Origin: Hyalangium minutum
GTDB lineage: Bacteria > Myxococcota > Myxococcia > Myxococcales > Myxococcaceae
Reading direction: 5' to 3'
DNA length: 64,000 bases
Assembly (NCBI RefSeq): GCF_000737315.1
Contig: NZ_JMCB01000006.1
Location: forward strand, 310,001 to 374,000
The notes beneath the pieces are model-generated. The model was not told the origin of the DNA. It worked only from the letters and a program-made list of their open reading frames with translations, and made no database searches. The translations under genes were made by a program, and so were the position numbers. This document shows positions 21,264-31,302 of the stretch, one piece after another. Positions within the stretch are counted from its first letter, which is position 1. Each line of letters starts with the position of its first letter.

Positions 21264-21303
21264 CACCGCAAAGTTCTCGTCTGTGTTGCTCGACGAGATG
21301 TGA
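21221..21303 (+). repeat. 40-bp tandem imperfect duplication of the phosphoesterase 3' end
   Basis: 21221-21260 vs 21261-21300, 32/40 identical; both copies followed by TGA. Confidence 0.8.
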
Positions 21304-21383
21304 GCACCGCGCCTGCATTCCTCGGCGTGAGCGGCGGCTCTACAATTCCCCTCGGGCCTCTGGCGTTCGGGAGGCCAAGGGGA

Positions 21384-21971
21384 ATGACAATGCCGGCGAA
21401 TAAGGAAGAGCTCTCGGCTCGCCTCACAGCGGCGCATCCGGGAGACAGTGTCCTGGGGTTGTTCTTCACCACCGTGTTTCAGCTCGTCGAGCAGCATGCG
21501 GGGCTGGCCACGCTCACGAAGCTCCGCAAGGGAGAGCTCGCGAAGGAGTACTCCGAGCTGCGCATGTACCCAGTGCAGGACTTCCTGCATCTCATCTACG
21601 ACGTGGCGGATGTGCTCGAGAGCCGGTTCGGCTCTCCGGCGGCCGTGTTCCGCGCCTGCGGGGAATCGAGCATCAGCCGCTACAACTCCGGGCCGGGGCG
21701 CTTCCTCTTCAACGTGCTCGTGCGAGGAGATCCGCACAAGCTCTGCTCCATGGCGCAGATCGGCTACAGCACCGCCGTCTCCTATGGGCGCCGCGAGTAC
21801 AAGCCCACCAGTCCGAAGTCCGGGGTGCTGCACGCGCAGGGAGACATGATCCCTCCGGCGTACCACGAGGGCATCGTCGCTGGAGCGCTGAAGATGCTCA
21901 ACGTCCAGGGGCGCGCGCGGGCCCGGCCGCAGGGCATCGACCTGGTGGACTACGACATCACCTGGAACTGA
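21384..21971 (+). CDS. DUF2378 (TIGR02265-like) myxobacterial protein
   Basis: DSVLGLFF, YPVQDFL, YSTAVSYGRREY, PPAYHEG motifs. Confidence 0.8.
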   Translation: MTMPANKEELSARLTAAHPGDSVLGLFFTTVFQLVEQHAGLATLTKLRKGELAKEYSELRMYPVQDFLHLIYDVADVLESRFGSPAAVFRACGESSISRYNSGPGRFLFNVLVRGDPHKLCSMAQIGYSTAVSYGRREYKPTSPKSGVLHAQGDMIPPAYHEGIVAGALKMLNVQGRARARPQGIDLVDYDITWN

Positions 21972-22012
21972 GTGTCCCTGCCGGGCAGGCAGCCTTTCGA
22001 GCGGACGATGCC

Positions 22013-22216
22013 TCAGGAGTCGCCGCTGCCGCTCTCCTCGCCCAGCGCCATTGAAGTGATGGAGCCGGAGCCCCCCTCCTCGCCCAGTGCGAGGGTGGTG
22101 ATGGGACGGGGCTTGCCCTTGCCTCCCTCTTCGGGCGGGGGTTTCGGGGGTTTACCGGGCAGCCGCACGGGCAGCGCGTACCGGATGAAAGAGCGGGTTC
22201 GAGGATGACCCGGCAT
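22013..22216 (-). CDS. Graspetide (omega-ester peptide) precursor, plesiocin-type TTxxxxEE cores, 67 aa
   Basis: AGGAGG 4 nt before ATG 22216; cores TTLALGEE and TSMALGEE in a 14-aa repeat; divergent from an ATP-grasp gene. Confidence 0.8.
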   Translation of the reverse strand: MPGHPRTRSFIRYALPVRLPGKPPKPPPEEGGKGKPRPITTLALGEEGGSGSITSMALGEESGSGDS

Positions 22217-22329
22217 GTTGCCTCCTGAAACGAACGTGGGGGGCTGGGTTGCCACCCACCCATCTGTACGGGAAAGGTGAGTCCTGCTTGCCTGGGGTGG
22301 AAGTCTTCAGCCCACGAGGGGGGAACACC

Positions 22330-23280
22330 ATGCGAATCGGCATCTTCGGAGAGGGCTCGGATCCACAGTGCGCCGCGGTGGCGCGGGAGGCGGCGGCGCT
22401 TGGGGCGGACACGCTCTATATCGACAGCCGTGCGCTGGACGAGGGCAAGCCCCTGTCGATGCTGGATGGGAAGACGTCCTACCAAGGCGAGTCCGTGGAC
22501 GACGTGAAGGGCTTCTACGTGCGCTCGGTGCCGTCCCCGTCCGTGCCGGCGATGAAGAAGGACGAGTCGCTGGTGCTTTACGAGGACTGGTTCACCACCT
22601 TCACTCAGACGCGCGAGCGGGCGGCGTACTTCCTGGCGTGGCTGCTGCAACTGTCACACCGGGGCGCCACGTTGGTGAACGGTCCGCACGCGGCCAGCGT
22701 GATGCAGCACAAGCCCTATCAGCTCCACGCGCTGCGCAGCCTGGGGGCAAAGGTACCGCGCACGCTCATCTCGAATGATCCGGCGGCCATCCGTGCGTTC
22801 CACGCGGAGGTGAAGGACGTCATCTACAAGCCGGTGATGGGAGGAGCCGTCACGCGCGCCTTGGACGCCGAGGCGCTGGAGCGGCTCGACGCGGTGACAG
22901 CGTCTCCGGTCATCTTCCAAGAGCGGATTCCCGGGGACGACCTCCGGGTGACGCTGGTGGGGGACGAGATTGTGTCGTGCGTGGCCATCGTGACGCCGGA
23001 GCAGCACCTGGACTTCCGCGACGACCCTGTCTACAGCAGCGGGGAGGCGATGTACCGCGAGGTGGTGCTGCCCGAGCCGGTGCAGCGCTTCTGCCGGGCG
23101 TCGGCGAGGGCGTGCGGCCTGACGCTGGCGGGGATCGACTTGAAGCAGCGGGCGCGGGACTTCGTGTTCCTGGAGCTGAACAGCTCGCCCATCTACATGG
23201 ACGTGGAGCTGAAGGCGGGGCACCGCATCAGCCGGGCCATCGCGCGCCGGGTGGTGGAGGGCGCCCGCGCCGTCCGGTAA
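22330..23280 (+). CDS. ATP-grasp peptide macrocyclase (PsnB-like graspetide synthetase)
   Basis: KPYQL, PRTLISND, YKPVMGG, IFQERIPG, DFR motif, ELNSSP; adjacent TTxxxxEE peptide. Confidence 0.8.
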   Translation: MRIGIFGEGSDPQCAAVAREAAALGADTLYIDSRALDEGKPLSMLDGKTSYQGESVDDVKGFYVRSVPSPSVPAMKKDESLVLYEDWFTTFTQTRERAAYFLAWLLQLSHRGATLVNGPHAASVMQHKPYQLHALRSLGAKVPRTLISNDPAAIRAFHAEVKDVIYKPVMGGAVTRALDAEALERLDAVTASPVIFQERIPGDDLRVTLVGDEIVSCVAIVTPEQHLDFRDDPVYSSGEAMYREVVLPEPVQRFCRASARACGLTLAGIDLKQRARDFVFLELNSSPIYMDVELKAGHRISRAIARRVVEGARAVR

Positions 23281-23304
23281 GGCTCCGCCCTCCGAGGCCC
23301 TGGC

Positions 23305-25275
23305 CTACAGCTCCACCTGCGTGCCCAGCTCCACCACGCGGTTGGGCGGAATGCGGAAGTACGCCGTGGCGCTGCGCGCGTTGCGGCTCATCCACGAGAA
23401 CAGCGCCTCGCGCCACATCGCCATCCCCGGCTTCTTCGAGGGAATCAGCGTCTCCCGCCCCAGGAAGAACGAGGTGCTCATCAGCTGGAACTGCAGCCCC
23501 TTCTCGCGCCCCTTCTTGAGGATGTCCGGGATGCTCGGGTTCTCCATGAACCCATAGCGCGCGATGAGCCGCACGAAGCCCTGCTCGATGGGCTGCACCT
23601 CCACCCGCTCCTCGCTCGACACGTGCGGCACGTCCTCCGACAGGATGGTCAGCAGCACCACCTGCTCGTGCAGCACCTTGTTGTGCTTCAGGTTGTGCAG
23701 CAGCGCCGGCGGCGAGCCCTCCGGGTTGCCCGTCATGAACACCGCCGTGCCCGGCACCCGCACTGGCGCGTGCTCGCCCTGGAAGCTCTCCAACAAGTCC
23801 TTCAGGTCCATGCTGGCCGCGCGCAGCTTCGCCGCCAGAATTTCACGCCCGCGCTTCCACGTCGTCATCAGCGTGAAGAGCACCGCCGCCAGCGCCAGCG
23901 GGAACCAGCCGCCCTCCGGAATCTTCACCGCGTTGGCGCTGAAGAAGAACAGCTCCACGGTCAGGAACACCAGCATGATGGGCAGCGCCACCGCCCGGCC
24001 CACGTGCCAGCGCTCGCGCGCCACCACGTACGCCATGCACGTCGTCATCAGCATGGCCGTGGACACCGCGATGCCGTACGCCCCCGCCAGGTTGCTCGAG
24101 GTCCGGAAGCCCAGCACCAGCAGCACCACGCCGATCAACAGCATCCAGTTGAGCCCTGGCAGGTAGATCTGCCCCTTCTCCTCCGCCGAGGTGTGCACCA
24201 CCTCCATGCGCGGGCAGTAGCCCAGCTGCATCGCCTGCCGCGTGTTCGAGAACGCTCCGGAGATGACCGCCTGCGAGGCAATCGTCGCCGCCCCCGCCGC
24301 CAGCGCCACCAACGGGTAGCGCGCCCACTCGGGCGCGATCAGGAAGAACGGGTTGCGCGACGCGTCGGGGTTCCTCAGCAGCAGCGCCCCCTGCCCCAGG
24401 TAGTTGAGCATCAGCGAGGGCAGCACCAGCGCGAACCACGCCCAGCGGATGGGCGTGCGGCCAAAGTGGCCCATGTCCGTGTAGAGCGACTCGCCTCCCG
24501 TCACCACCAGGAAGACGGCGCCCAGCACCAAGAAGCCGTGCCCGCCGTTGTGCACGAAGAACAACACCCCCTGCACCGGCGACAGCGCCCACAGCACCGA
24601 CGGGTTGTGCACCAGCTCCTTCACCCCCAGCACCGCCAGCACGATGAACCACAGGCACATGAACGGCCCGAACACGTTGCCGATGCCACCCGTGCCGTGC
24701 CGCTGCACCAGGAAGAGTCCCAGGAGGATGATCAGCGTGATGGGCAGCACGTAGGGCTCGAAGATGGGCGTGGCCACGCTCAGGCCTTCCACCGCGCTGA
24801 GCACCGAGATGGCCGGGGTGATGATGCCGTCTCCGTACAGCAACGACGCCCCGAAGATGCCCATCGTCACCAGCAGCGGCCGCGCCCGGGGCGCCTCACC
24901 GGACCTCAGCCGCTGAGCCACCAACGCCATCAGCGCCAGGATGCCGCCCTCGCCCCGGTTGTCCGCCCGCAGCACGAACACCAGGTACTTCACCGACACC
25001 GTGATGATGAGCGACCAGAAGATGAGCGACAGCACCCCCAGCACGTTCTCGTGGGACGGGGCGATGCCGTGCGGTCCCGTGAAACACTCCCTCAGTGCGT
25101 ACAGCGGACTGGTACCAATGTCGCCGTAGACGACGCCAATCGCCCCAATGGCCAGCAGGGCTGTCCGTTTGACGGCGCCGTCCTGCCCTCCGGTGTTCGT
25201 GGGGGGAGCTTCCGTGGTTGCGTTCACGGCTCCCGCTTTAGCCGAACCCTGGCTGGGAGCAACGGGCTCGCGCAT
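23305..25275 (-). CDS. kup: KUP/HAK/KT potassium transporter
   Basis: GVVYGDIGTSPLY, ADNRGEGG, GGESLYTDMGHF; start trimmed to ATG 25275. Confidence 0.95.
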   Translation of the reverse strand: MREPVAPSQGSAKAGAVNATTEAPPTNTGGQDGAVKRTALLAIGAIGVVYGDIGTSPLYALRECFTGPHGIAPSHENVLGVLSLIFWSLIITVSVKYLVFVLRADNRGEGGILALMALVAQRLRSGEAPRARPLLVTMGIFGASLLYGDGIITPAISVLSAVEGLSVATPIFEPYVLPITLIILLGLFLVQRHGTGGIGNVFGPFMCLWFIVLAVLGVKELVHNPSVLWALSPVQGVLFFVHNGGHGFLVLGAVFLVVTGGESLYTDMGHFGRTPIRWAWFALVLPSLMLNYLGQGALLLRNPDASRNPFFLIAPEWARYPLVALAAGAATIASQAVISGAFSNTRQAMQLGYCPRMEVVHTSAEEKGQIYLPGLNWMLLIGVVLLVLGFRTSSNLAGAYGIAVSTAMLMTTCMAYVVARERWHVGRAVALPIMLVFLTVELFFFSANAVKIPEGGWFPLALAAVLFTLMTTWKRGREILAAKLRAASMDLKDLLESFQGEHAPVRVPGTAVFMTGNPEGSPPALLHNLKHNKVLHEQVVLLTILSEDVPHVSSEERVEVQPIEQGFVRLIARYGFMENPSIPDILKKGREKGLQFQLMSTSFFLGRETLIPSKKPGMAMWREALFSWMSRNARSATAYFRIPPNRVVELGTQVEL

Positions 25276-25445
25276 CCCTCCACGCCTCCATTCCAGCCCG
25301 AGCGGAAGGCTCCTACCTGCCACGTGGATGTACGCCCGCACGTAAGGCCATGTGCGTGTGTCAACGGCTGCACTTCCGGCGCGAGACCCCTTGGCGCAAG
25401 ACGCACCTCCCGTGTGCGATCCTGTCCTGGGGGGAGTTCCACAGT

Positions 25446-28400
25446 ATGGCCTCGTTGGGCACCAGCCAGACGCAACACGATCCCGGCACGCCGCTGGGCT
25501 TGGAAGAACGACTGTCGATGCTGGCCGATGCATCGCGGGCCCTGGCGGACGCAAGCCTGGAGCCCCCCGCGGTGCTCGAGCGGCTGTGCGCGCTGGTGGT
25601 GCCCTCGCTGGGCCAGGCGTGCGGCCTGCGCCTGCTGTCCGAGGATGGCCTGTGGCTGCAACCGGTAGGCTCGGCCCACGCGAACCCCTCCGCGCGAGAG
25701 CTCTTCCAGACGCTCGTGTCCGGACCCCAGCGCGCGGACGAAGGGCTGTCCTCTCTCGTCGTCCGCAAGGCCGAGTCCCTGGCGTTGGCGGCACTGCCCC
25801 CGGAGGTGCTGAAGCGCTCCGTGGCGCCTTCGTTCCGAACGGCGGCCGAGCGCTTTCCCTTCAGTGACTTGCTCGTCGTCCCCATGCGCGCGCGAGGGCG
25901 CGTGCTCGGCACCCTGGCCATTGCCCGGGGGCTGGACGTGCGCCCCTTCGATGACACCGAGCGGATGCTCGTGCAGGAGATGGCGGACCGGGCCACGGTG
26001 GCGCTGGAGGCGGCGCGCGCCTACGAGGCGGAGCGCAAGGCCCGGCTCGACGCGGAGGTGGCCGCCAACCGCATCCTGCGCATGCAGCGCGCCACCGCGG
26101 CGCTGTCCGAGGCGGTGACTCCAGCGGACGTGGCCGGCGCGGTGATGCGCGAGGCCATGGATGCGCTGGGGGCGGACCAGGGTGTCGTCACCGTGGCCAG
26201 CGAAGACCCCTCGTGGCTGGAGATCCTCGTCAGCCGCAACCTGCCTCCTCTCTCCCTGGACCGCCTGGCGCGCTTCCCGAGCAGCGCGCCGCTGCCCACC
26301 GCGGAGGCCTACCGCACCCGGCTCCCGCTCTGGATGGAGTCTCCGGACCAGCTCGCGGTGCGCTACCCCTCCTCCTTCCAGCGGCAGGAGCTGCTCGCCC
26401 AGGCCGTGGCCAGCCTCCCGCTGCTGGCGCATGGGCGCGCGCTCGGCGTGCTCTCGGTGGGCTTCCACAGGCCTCGTCCCTTCCCCGAGAGCGAGCGGGC
26501 CTTCTTGAAGGACCTGGCGGGACAGGCAGCCCAGGCGCTGGAGCGAGCCCGGCTCTACACCGCCGAGCAGCAAGCGCGCACCACCGCTCAGCGTGCCGCG
26601 GAGCGCACCACCCGCCTCCAGGTCGTCACCTCCGAGTTCTCCCTGGCGCTCACGGCCACGCGCGTGGCGGAGATCGTCGTGGACCATGGCGTGGCGGCGG
26701 TGGGGGCGCGCAGCGGTGGGCTGTGGCTCATCGAGCCGGAGGGCACCCACGCGCGGCTGGTCCGCACCGTGGGCTACCCGCAGGAGATGGTGGAGCGCTT
26801 CCAGCGGCTCCCGCTGAACCTGAGCGCGCCCCTGATGGAGGCGCTGCGCGAGGGCCGGCCGGTGTGGCTGGAGACGCCCGAGGCCGCCACCCACCGCGAT
26901 CCAGGACTCTCGCAGCGGCAAGGCGCCACCCCGCCCCCCGTCACGCCGTCCATGGCATGCCTGCCGCTGCGCTCCGAGGGACGCACGCTGGGGGCCCTGG
27001 TGCTGAACTTCACCGAGCCCCGCCGCTTCGACTCGGAGGAGCGCGCCTTCCTGGAGCTGCTGGTGCACCCCGCCGCGGAGGCCCTGGCCCGGGCGCGGTT
27101 GCAGGAACAGCAGCAGGCGGCCCAGGCGGCGTTGCGCGAGGCGCACCAGACGCTCTCCGCCGTCATCCAGGCCTCTCCGGCCGCCATCGTGTTGATGGAT
27201 CCGGATGGCACGGTGCGCATGTGGAGCGCCGCCGCCGAGCGCATCTTCGGATGGACGGAGCAGGAGGCCCTCGGGCGCCCGCTGGTGGCGGTGCCCCCGG
27301 ACAAGCAGGCCGAGTTCCGCGACAACCTGGCCCGGGTGGCCCGAGGCGAGCCGCTCATGGGCGTGGAGACCCAGCGCCAGTGCAAGGATGGAACGCGCAT
27401 CGACGTGGCGCTGTGGGCCTCGGCGGTGCGCCACACCAGCGGCCAGATGCAGTGCGTCTACGTCATCACCGACATCACCGAGCGCAAGCGCGCGGAGGAC
27501 GCCCAGCGCTTCCTGGCGCGGGCCGGGAGTGAGCTGGCCAGCAGCCTCGATGACGAGGCGACGCTGGAGCGCGTGGCGCACCTGGCCGTGCCCTCGTGGG
27601 CGGACAGCTGCACCATTCACCTGCTGGAGGAAGACGAGCTGCGGTGCGTGGCCGCCGCGCACACGGGTTCTGGGCCCGAGGCCTCGCTGTCAGAGCCGGA
27701 GGCGGACGCCGTGGCCCGCATCCTCGCCTCAGGCCAGCCCGAGCTGCGCCGCGAGTCCACACCGAAGCCCTGTACCTCCCTGCGCGTGCCGCTGGTGGTG
27801 CGAGGCCAAGCACTGGGGGTGCTGTCGCTCACCACCACCCGGCGGCTCTATGACGCACGAGACCTGGCCCTGGCACAGGAGCTGGCGCGGCAGGCGGCGC
27901 TGGCCATCGACAACGCCCGGCTCTACCGCGAGGCGCAGCACGCGGTGCGGCTGCGCGAGGAGTTCCTCTCCATCGCCAGCCACGAGCTGAAGACGCCCAT
28001 CAGCGCGCTCCAGCTCCAGGTACAGATTCTCCTGTCCACGCTCGACCGCTCGCCCTCGGGCCCTTCGCCGGAGCGGCTGCGCCGCAGCCTGGACACGGTG
28101 GACCGGCAGGTCCGGCGGCAGACGCAGCTCATCAATGATTTGCTGGATGTCTCGCGCATCTCGGCCGGGCGGCTGCAGCTGCGCCCCGAGCCCATGGAGC
28201 TGTCCTCGCTGGCGCGCGAGGTGGCCGAGCGCTTCGAGCCCGAGCTGGCGCGCGCGGGCTCGTCCCTCCAGCTCCAGCTCTCCTCGGAGGTGGCGGGGCA
28301 GTGGGACCGGCTGCGGCTGGATCAGGTGGTGACGAACCTGCTGTCCAACGCGGTGAAGTACGGCCGGGGCAACCCCATCCAGCTCGTTACCTCAGTGGAG

Positions 28401-28637
28401 GACTCCCACGTGCGGCTGTCGGTGAAGGACGGCGGCATCGGCATCGCGGAGGAGGACCTGAAGCGCCTCTTCAACCGCTTCGAGCGCGCGGTGTCCGAGC
28501 GCAACTACGGCGGCTTCGGACTCGGGCTGTGGATTGCCCGGCAGATCATCGAGGCGATGGGCGGGCGCATCCAGGTGGAGAGCCAACTGGGCGTTGGCTC
28601 GACCTTCACCGTGGAGCTCCCCCGCCCGCCGGCTTGA
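25446..28637 (+). CDS. Cytoplasmic multi-GAF/PAS sensor histidine kinase
   Basis: Repeated GAF domains, PAS, ASHELKTP, NLLSNAVKY, GFGLGL. Confidence 0.92.
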   Translation: MASLGTSQTQHDPGTPLGLEERLSMLADASRALADASLEPPAVLERLCALVVPSLGQACGLRLLSEDGLWLQPVGSAHANPSARELFQTLVSGPQRADEGLSSLVVRKAESLALAALPPEVLKRSVAPSFRTAAERFPFSDLLVVPMRARGRVLGTLAIARGLDVRPFDDTERMLVQEMADRATVALEAARAYEAERKARLDAEVAANRILRMQRATAALSEAVTPADVAGAVMREAMDALGADQGVVTVASEDPSWLEILVSRNLPPLSLDRLARFPSSAPLPTAEAYRTRLPLWMESPDQLAVRYPSSFQRQELLAQAVASLPLLAHGRALGVLSVGFHRPRPFPESERAFLKDLAGQAAQALERARLYTAEQQARTTAQRAAERTTRLQVVTSEFSLALTATRVAEIVVDHGVAAVGARSGGLWLIEPEGTHARLVRTVGYPQEMVERFQRLPLNLSAPLMEALREGRPVWLETPEAATHRDPGLSQRQGATPPPVTPSMACLPLRSEGRTLGALVLNFTEPRRFDSEERAFLELLVHPAAEALARARLQEQQQAAQAALREAHQTLSAVIQASPAAIVLMDPDGTVRMWSAAAERIFGWTEQEALGRPLVAVPPDKQAEFRDNLARVARGEPLMGVETQRQCKDGTRIDVALWASAVRHTSGQMQCVYVITDITERKRAEDAQRFLARAGSELASSLDDEATLERVAHLAVPSWADSCTIHLLEEDELRCVAAAHTGSGPEASLSEPEADAVARILASGQPELRRESTPKPCTSLRVPLVVRGQALGVLSLTTTRRLYDARDLALAQELARQAALAIDNARLYREAQHAVRLREEFLSIASHELKTPISALQLQVQILLSTLDRSPSGPSPERLRRSLDTVDRQVRRQTQLINDLLDVSRISAGRLQLRPEPMELSSLAREVAERFEPELARAGSSLQLQLSSEVAGQWDRLRLDQVVTNLLSNAVKYGRGNPIQLVTSVEDSHVRLSVKDGGIGIAEEDLKRLFNRFERAVSERNYGGFGLGLWIARQIIEAMGGRIQVESQLGVGSTFTVELPRPPA

Positions 28638-28650
28638 GGCCGCGGGCGGC

Positions 28651-29190
28651 TCAGCCCAGGGAGAACAGGAGGATGGTCGCCTGCTCTGCAGGGGAGAGCT
28701 GCTGGAACACCTCGGGGATGGAGACCTCGGTGTCGCGCTGGAAGGCGCGGTCACAGCTGCGCCGGCCGATGTACGTCCCCTCGTTGTTCTTCAGCCTGTA
28801 GGTGCAGTCGTTGATGTACACGGTGAGCTCCGAGGGGCTGTAGGTCAGCTGCACGGGGCGCCCGGCGAAGCCGCCCTCGGCCTTGACGGCCTCGCCCTCG
28901 ACCTTGATCTTGAGGTTGACCGCACCCTGGCCAATGTTGCCCTTGGCCTCGTTCTCCGTGAACTTGATGTCCGCCGTGGACTCACCGACGCGGCCCCGCA
29001 GCTCCTTGGGCGAGTGGTGCAGCTGGAAGCCCAGGGAGAAGACATCCTTCCCCGTGAGCTTCACATTATAAGAAGCCTGCGGCAGGCGTACGGAGATGAC
29101 CGGGTCACTCTCCTTCGGTTCTGCCAGGGCCGCTCCCCCTGCGAGCAACCCAAGTCCCAACATCACACGAACGAAGCGCGGAGTTTTCAT
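28651..29190 (-). CDS. Secreted hypothetical protein
   Basis: Signal peptide ending ALA; coding-strand codon bias. Confidence 0.7.
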   Translation of the reverse strand: MKTPRFVRVMLGLGLLAGGAALAEPKESDPVISVRLPQASYNVKLTGKDVFSLGFQLHHSPKELRGRVGESTADIKFTENEAKGNIGQGAVNLKIKVEGEAVKAEGGFAGRPVQLTYSPSELTVYINDCTYRLKNNEGTYIGRRSCDRAFQRDTEVSIPEVFQQLSPAEQATILLFSLG

Positions 29191-29273
29191 GGTGGGGGAA
29201 AGATAGTCACCCCGTGGCTGGGACTCCATCGCCTCTGCATCTCAGTTGCATTGCGCAACCAAAAGTTGACGGC

Positions 29274-31265
29274 TTACTTCGTGCCTGGGGTACCGGCGGC
29301 CGGGGCCGCGCCGAGGTGCTTTTCCAGGAAGAGGATGGCGGTCATCAGCGCGTAGTCCCGGTTGGGCTTCTTCTGGAAGCCGTGCCCCTCGTCGAGCGCG
29401 AGCATGTACCAGACGTCCGCCCCCTTGGCGCGCACGGCCTTGACGATCTGCTCCGCCTCCGACTGCGGCACGCGCGGGTCGTTCCTTCCCTGCTGCACGT
29501 AGAGCGCGGCGCGGATCCGGTCCACCGCGTTCAGCGGGGAGATGCGCTCCTGCACCTTGCGCACCTCGGGGTCTCGCTCGTCGCCGTACTCGGCGCGGCG
29601 CAAGTCTCTGCGATAGGCCTGGGTGTTCTGGAGGAAGGTGCCAAGGTGCGAGATGCCCACGACATCCACCACGGCCTTGATGCGCTCCGGGAAGAAGGCC
29701 GCGGTGGCCAGCACCATGTAGCCGCCATACGAGCCGCCGTAGACGCCCACCCGTGAAGCGTCCAGGTCCTTCTGCGCGGCGATGAAGTCCAGCGTCGCGC
29801 CGATGTCCGCGAGGCTCTGCTCGCGCTTCACGCCGTCATCCATGGCCCGGTACGTCTTGCCGTAGCCCTCCGAGCCTCGGACGTTGGGCAGCAGCACCGC
29901 CATCTTCATCTCGGTGGCCAGGAACTGAGCCAAGGGGCTGAACATGGGCTGGCTCTGGCCCTCGGGGCCTCCGTGGAAGATGACCAGCACGGGCACCTTT
30001 CCGCTCGCGCCGCGCGGCCGGTAGAGGAAGGCCGGCACCTTCACGCCTCCGGTGGAGGGGTAGCGCACCAGCTCGGGCTCCACGAAGGTGTCCGTGTTCA
30101 GCCCGCCCACCTCCGAGCGCGTCCACCGCGTGGTCTTCTTCGTGCGCAGGTCCAGCTGCCACACGTCCGCGGGCGAGCGGGCCGTCGCCATCGAGAAGAA
30201 CACCGTGTCCGAGCGCTTGCCGGGGAACGCCAGTGACGTCATCACGCCCTGCGGGAGGTTCACAGCCGAGAGCGCGTTCGTGCGCGTGTCCAGCACGTAG
30301 AGCCGGCTGGAGCCATCCTGGTTGATGCTCACCGCGAGCTGGCGGCCATCCGGCGAGAGCTCGAGCTTGTCCACGTTCCAGGGGATGGACTTCGTCAGCG
30401 ATGGGGGCGCGGCGGTGTAGGGCGCCTTGGCGAGCTCCAGCCGGTACAGCTCCGAGAAGTCACTGTAGCGATCGGTGACGAGGTAGACGCCCTGCCCGTC
30501 CGCAGTGAAGAGGGCGTCCACGATTCCACCCGGGCTCTCCTTGGGGGTGAGCTGGCGGCGCTCGCCCGTCTTCAGATCCACCACGTGCAGATCCGAGTCG
30601 GCCACGGAGCGGAACTGCTGGATGAGCAGCTTCGTGCCATCCCGAGAGAAGTCCACGGGGTACCAGGTGCCCTCGAGCTCGGTGAGGCGGCGGGCCTGAC
30701 GCGGGTTGTCCGTGGGCGCCACATACACATCCGTGTCCTTCCCGTTGCGGCTCGTGTTGCTATAGGCCAGCCACTTGCCATCCTCCGAGAGCCGGAGCGC
30801 CTCGTGGCGGCTCTTGCCGTCGGTGAGCAACTCCGAGCGGCCCGTGCCTCGGTCCCACCGGAAGACCTGGAAGAACTCACCGCCGCCCACGTCCTGCAGA
30901 TAGAAGAGGATGTTCGGAGCGCCAGGAAGGAACTGGGCCTGGGAGATGGGCTCGGAGGTGAAGGTGAGCTGGGTGCGCGCGCCCATGGGCATTTCCACGA
31001 GGTGGAGCTGATTCACCTCGGCGAAGCGCGTGGAGATGAGCACCTGCTGGCCGTCTCCCGACACGTCCAGGAGCTGCGCGGCGCGGGACTCCAGGTACTG
31101 ATGGATGCGGCTCTCCAGCTCGGGAGGAACCGCGGGGACACCGCTGATCAGCACGTTGGGCTGGCCCGGGAGCGGCGTCACCCCAGGCACCGTGGAGGGC
31201 GCGGCGGCGGGCGGGGCCTGCGTGGCGAGCAGGGACACGAGGAGCGGGAGGGTTCCAAGGTTCAT
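29274..31265 (-). CDS. S9 family (prolyl oligopeptidase-like) serine peptidase
   Basis: Propeller repeats; HGGP, GGSYGG, D..VP, EGHGF. Confidence 0.93.
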   Translation of the reverse strand: MNLGTLPLLVSLLATQAPPAAAPSTVPGVTPLPGQPNVLISGVPAVPPELESRIHQYLESRAAQLLDVSGDGQQVLISTRFAEVNQLHLVEMPMGARTQLTFTSEPISQAQFLPGAPNILFYLQDVGGGEFFQVFRWDRGTGRSELLTDGKSRHEALRLSEDGKWLAYSNTSRNGKDTDVYVAPTDNPRQARRLTELEGTWYPVDFSRDGTKLLIQQFRSVADSDLHVVDLKTGERRQLTPKESPGGIVDALFTADGQGVYLVTDRYSDFSELYRLELAKAPYTAAPPSLTKSIPWNVDKLELSPDGRQLAVSINQDGSSRLYVLDTRTNALSAVNLPQGVMTSLAFPGKRSDTVFFSMATARSPADVWQLDLRTKKTTRWTRSEVGGLNTDTFVEPELVRYPSTGGVKVPAFLYRPRGASGKVPVLVIFHGGPEGQSQPMFSPLAQFLATEMKMAVLLPNVRGSEGYGKTYRAMDDGVKREQSLADIGATLDFIAAQKDLDASRVGVYGGSYGGYMVLATAAFFPERIKAVVDVVGISHLGTFLQNTQAYRRDLRRAEYGDERDPEVRKVQERISPLNAVDRIRAALYVQQGRNDPRVPQSEAEQIVKAVRAKGADVWYMLALDEGHGFQKKPNRDYALMTAILFLEKHLGAAPAAGTPGTK

Positions 31266-31302
31266 GGCCCCGGGACCCTACCAGCGATGACGGGGCCGAG
31301 GC

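Noticed and set aside
21972-22208. Plus-strand 78-aa ORF with an SSPS repeat
   Set aside because: Antisense to the graspetide precursor, which has the RBS and the recognisable core motif.
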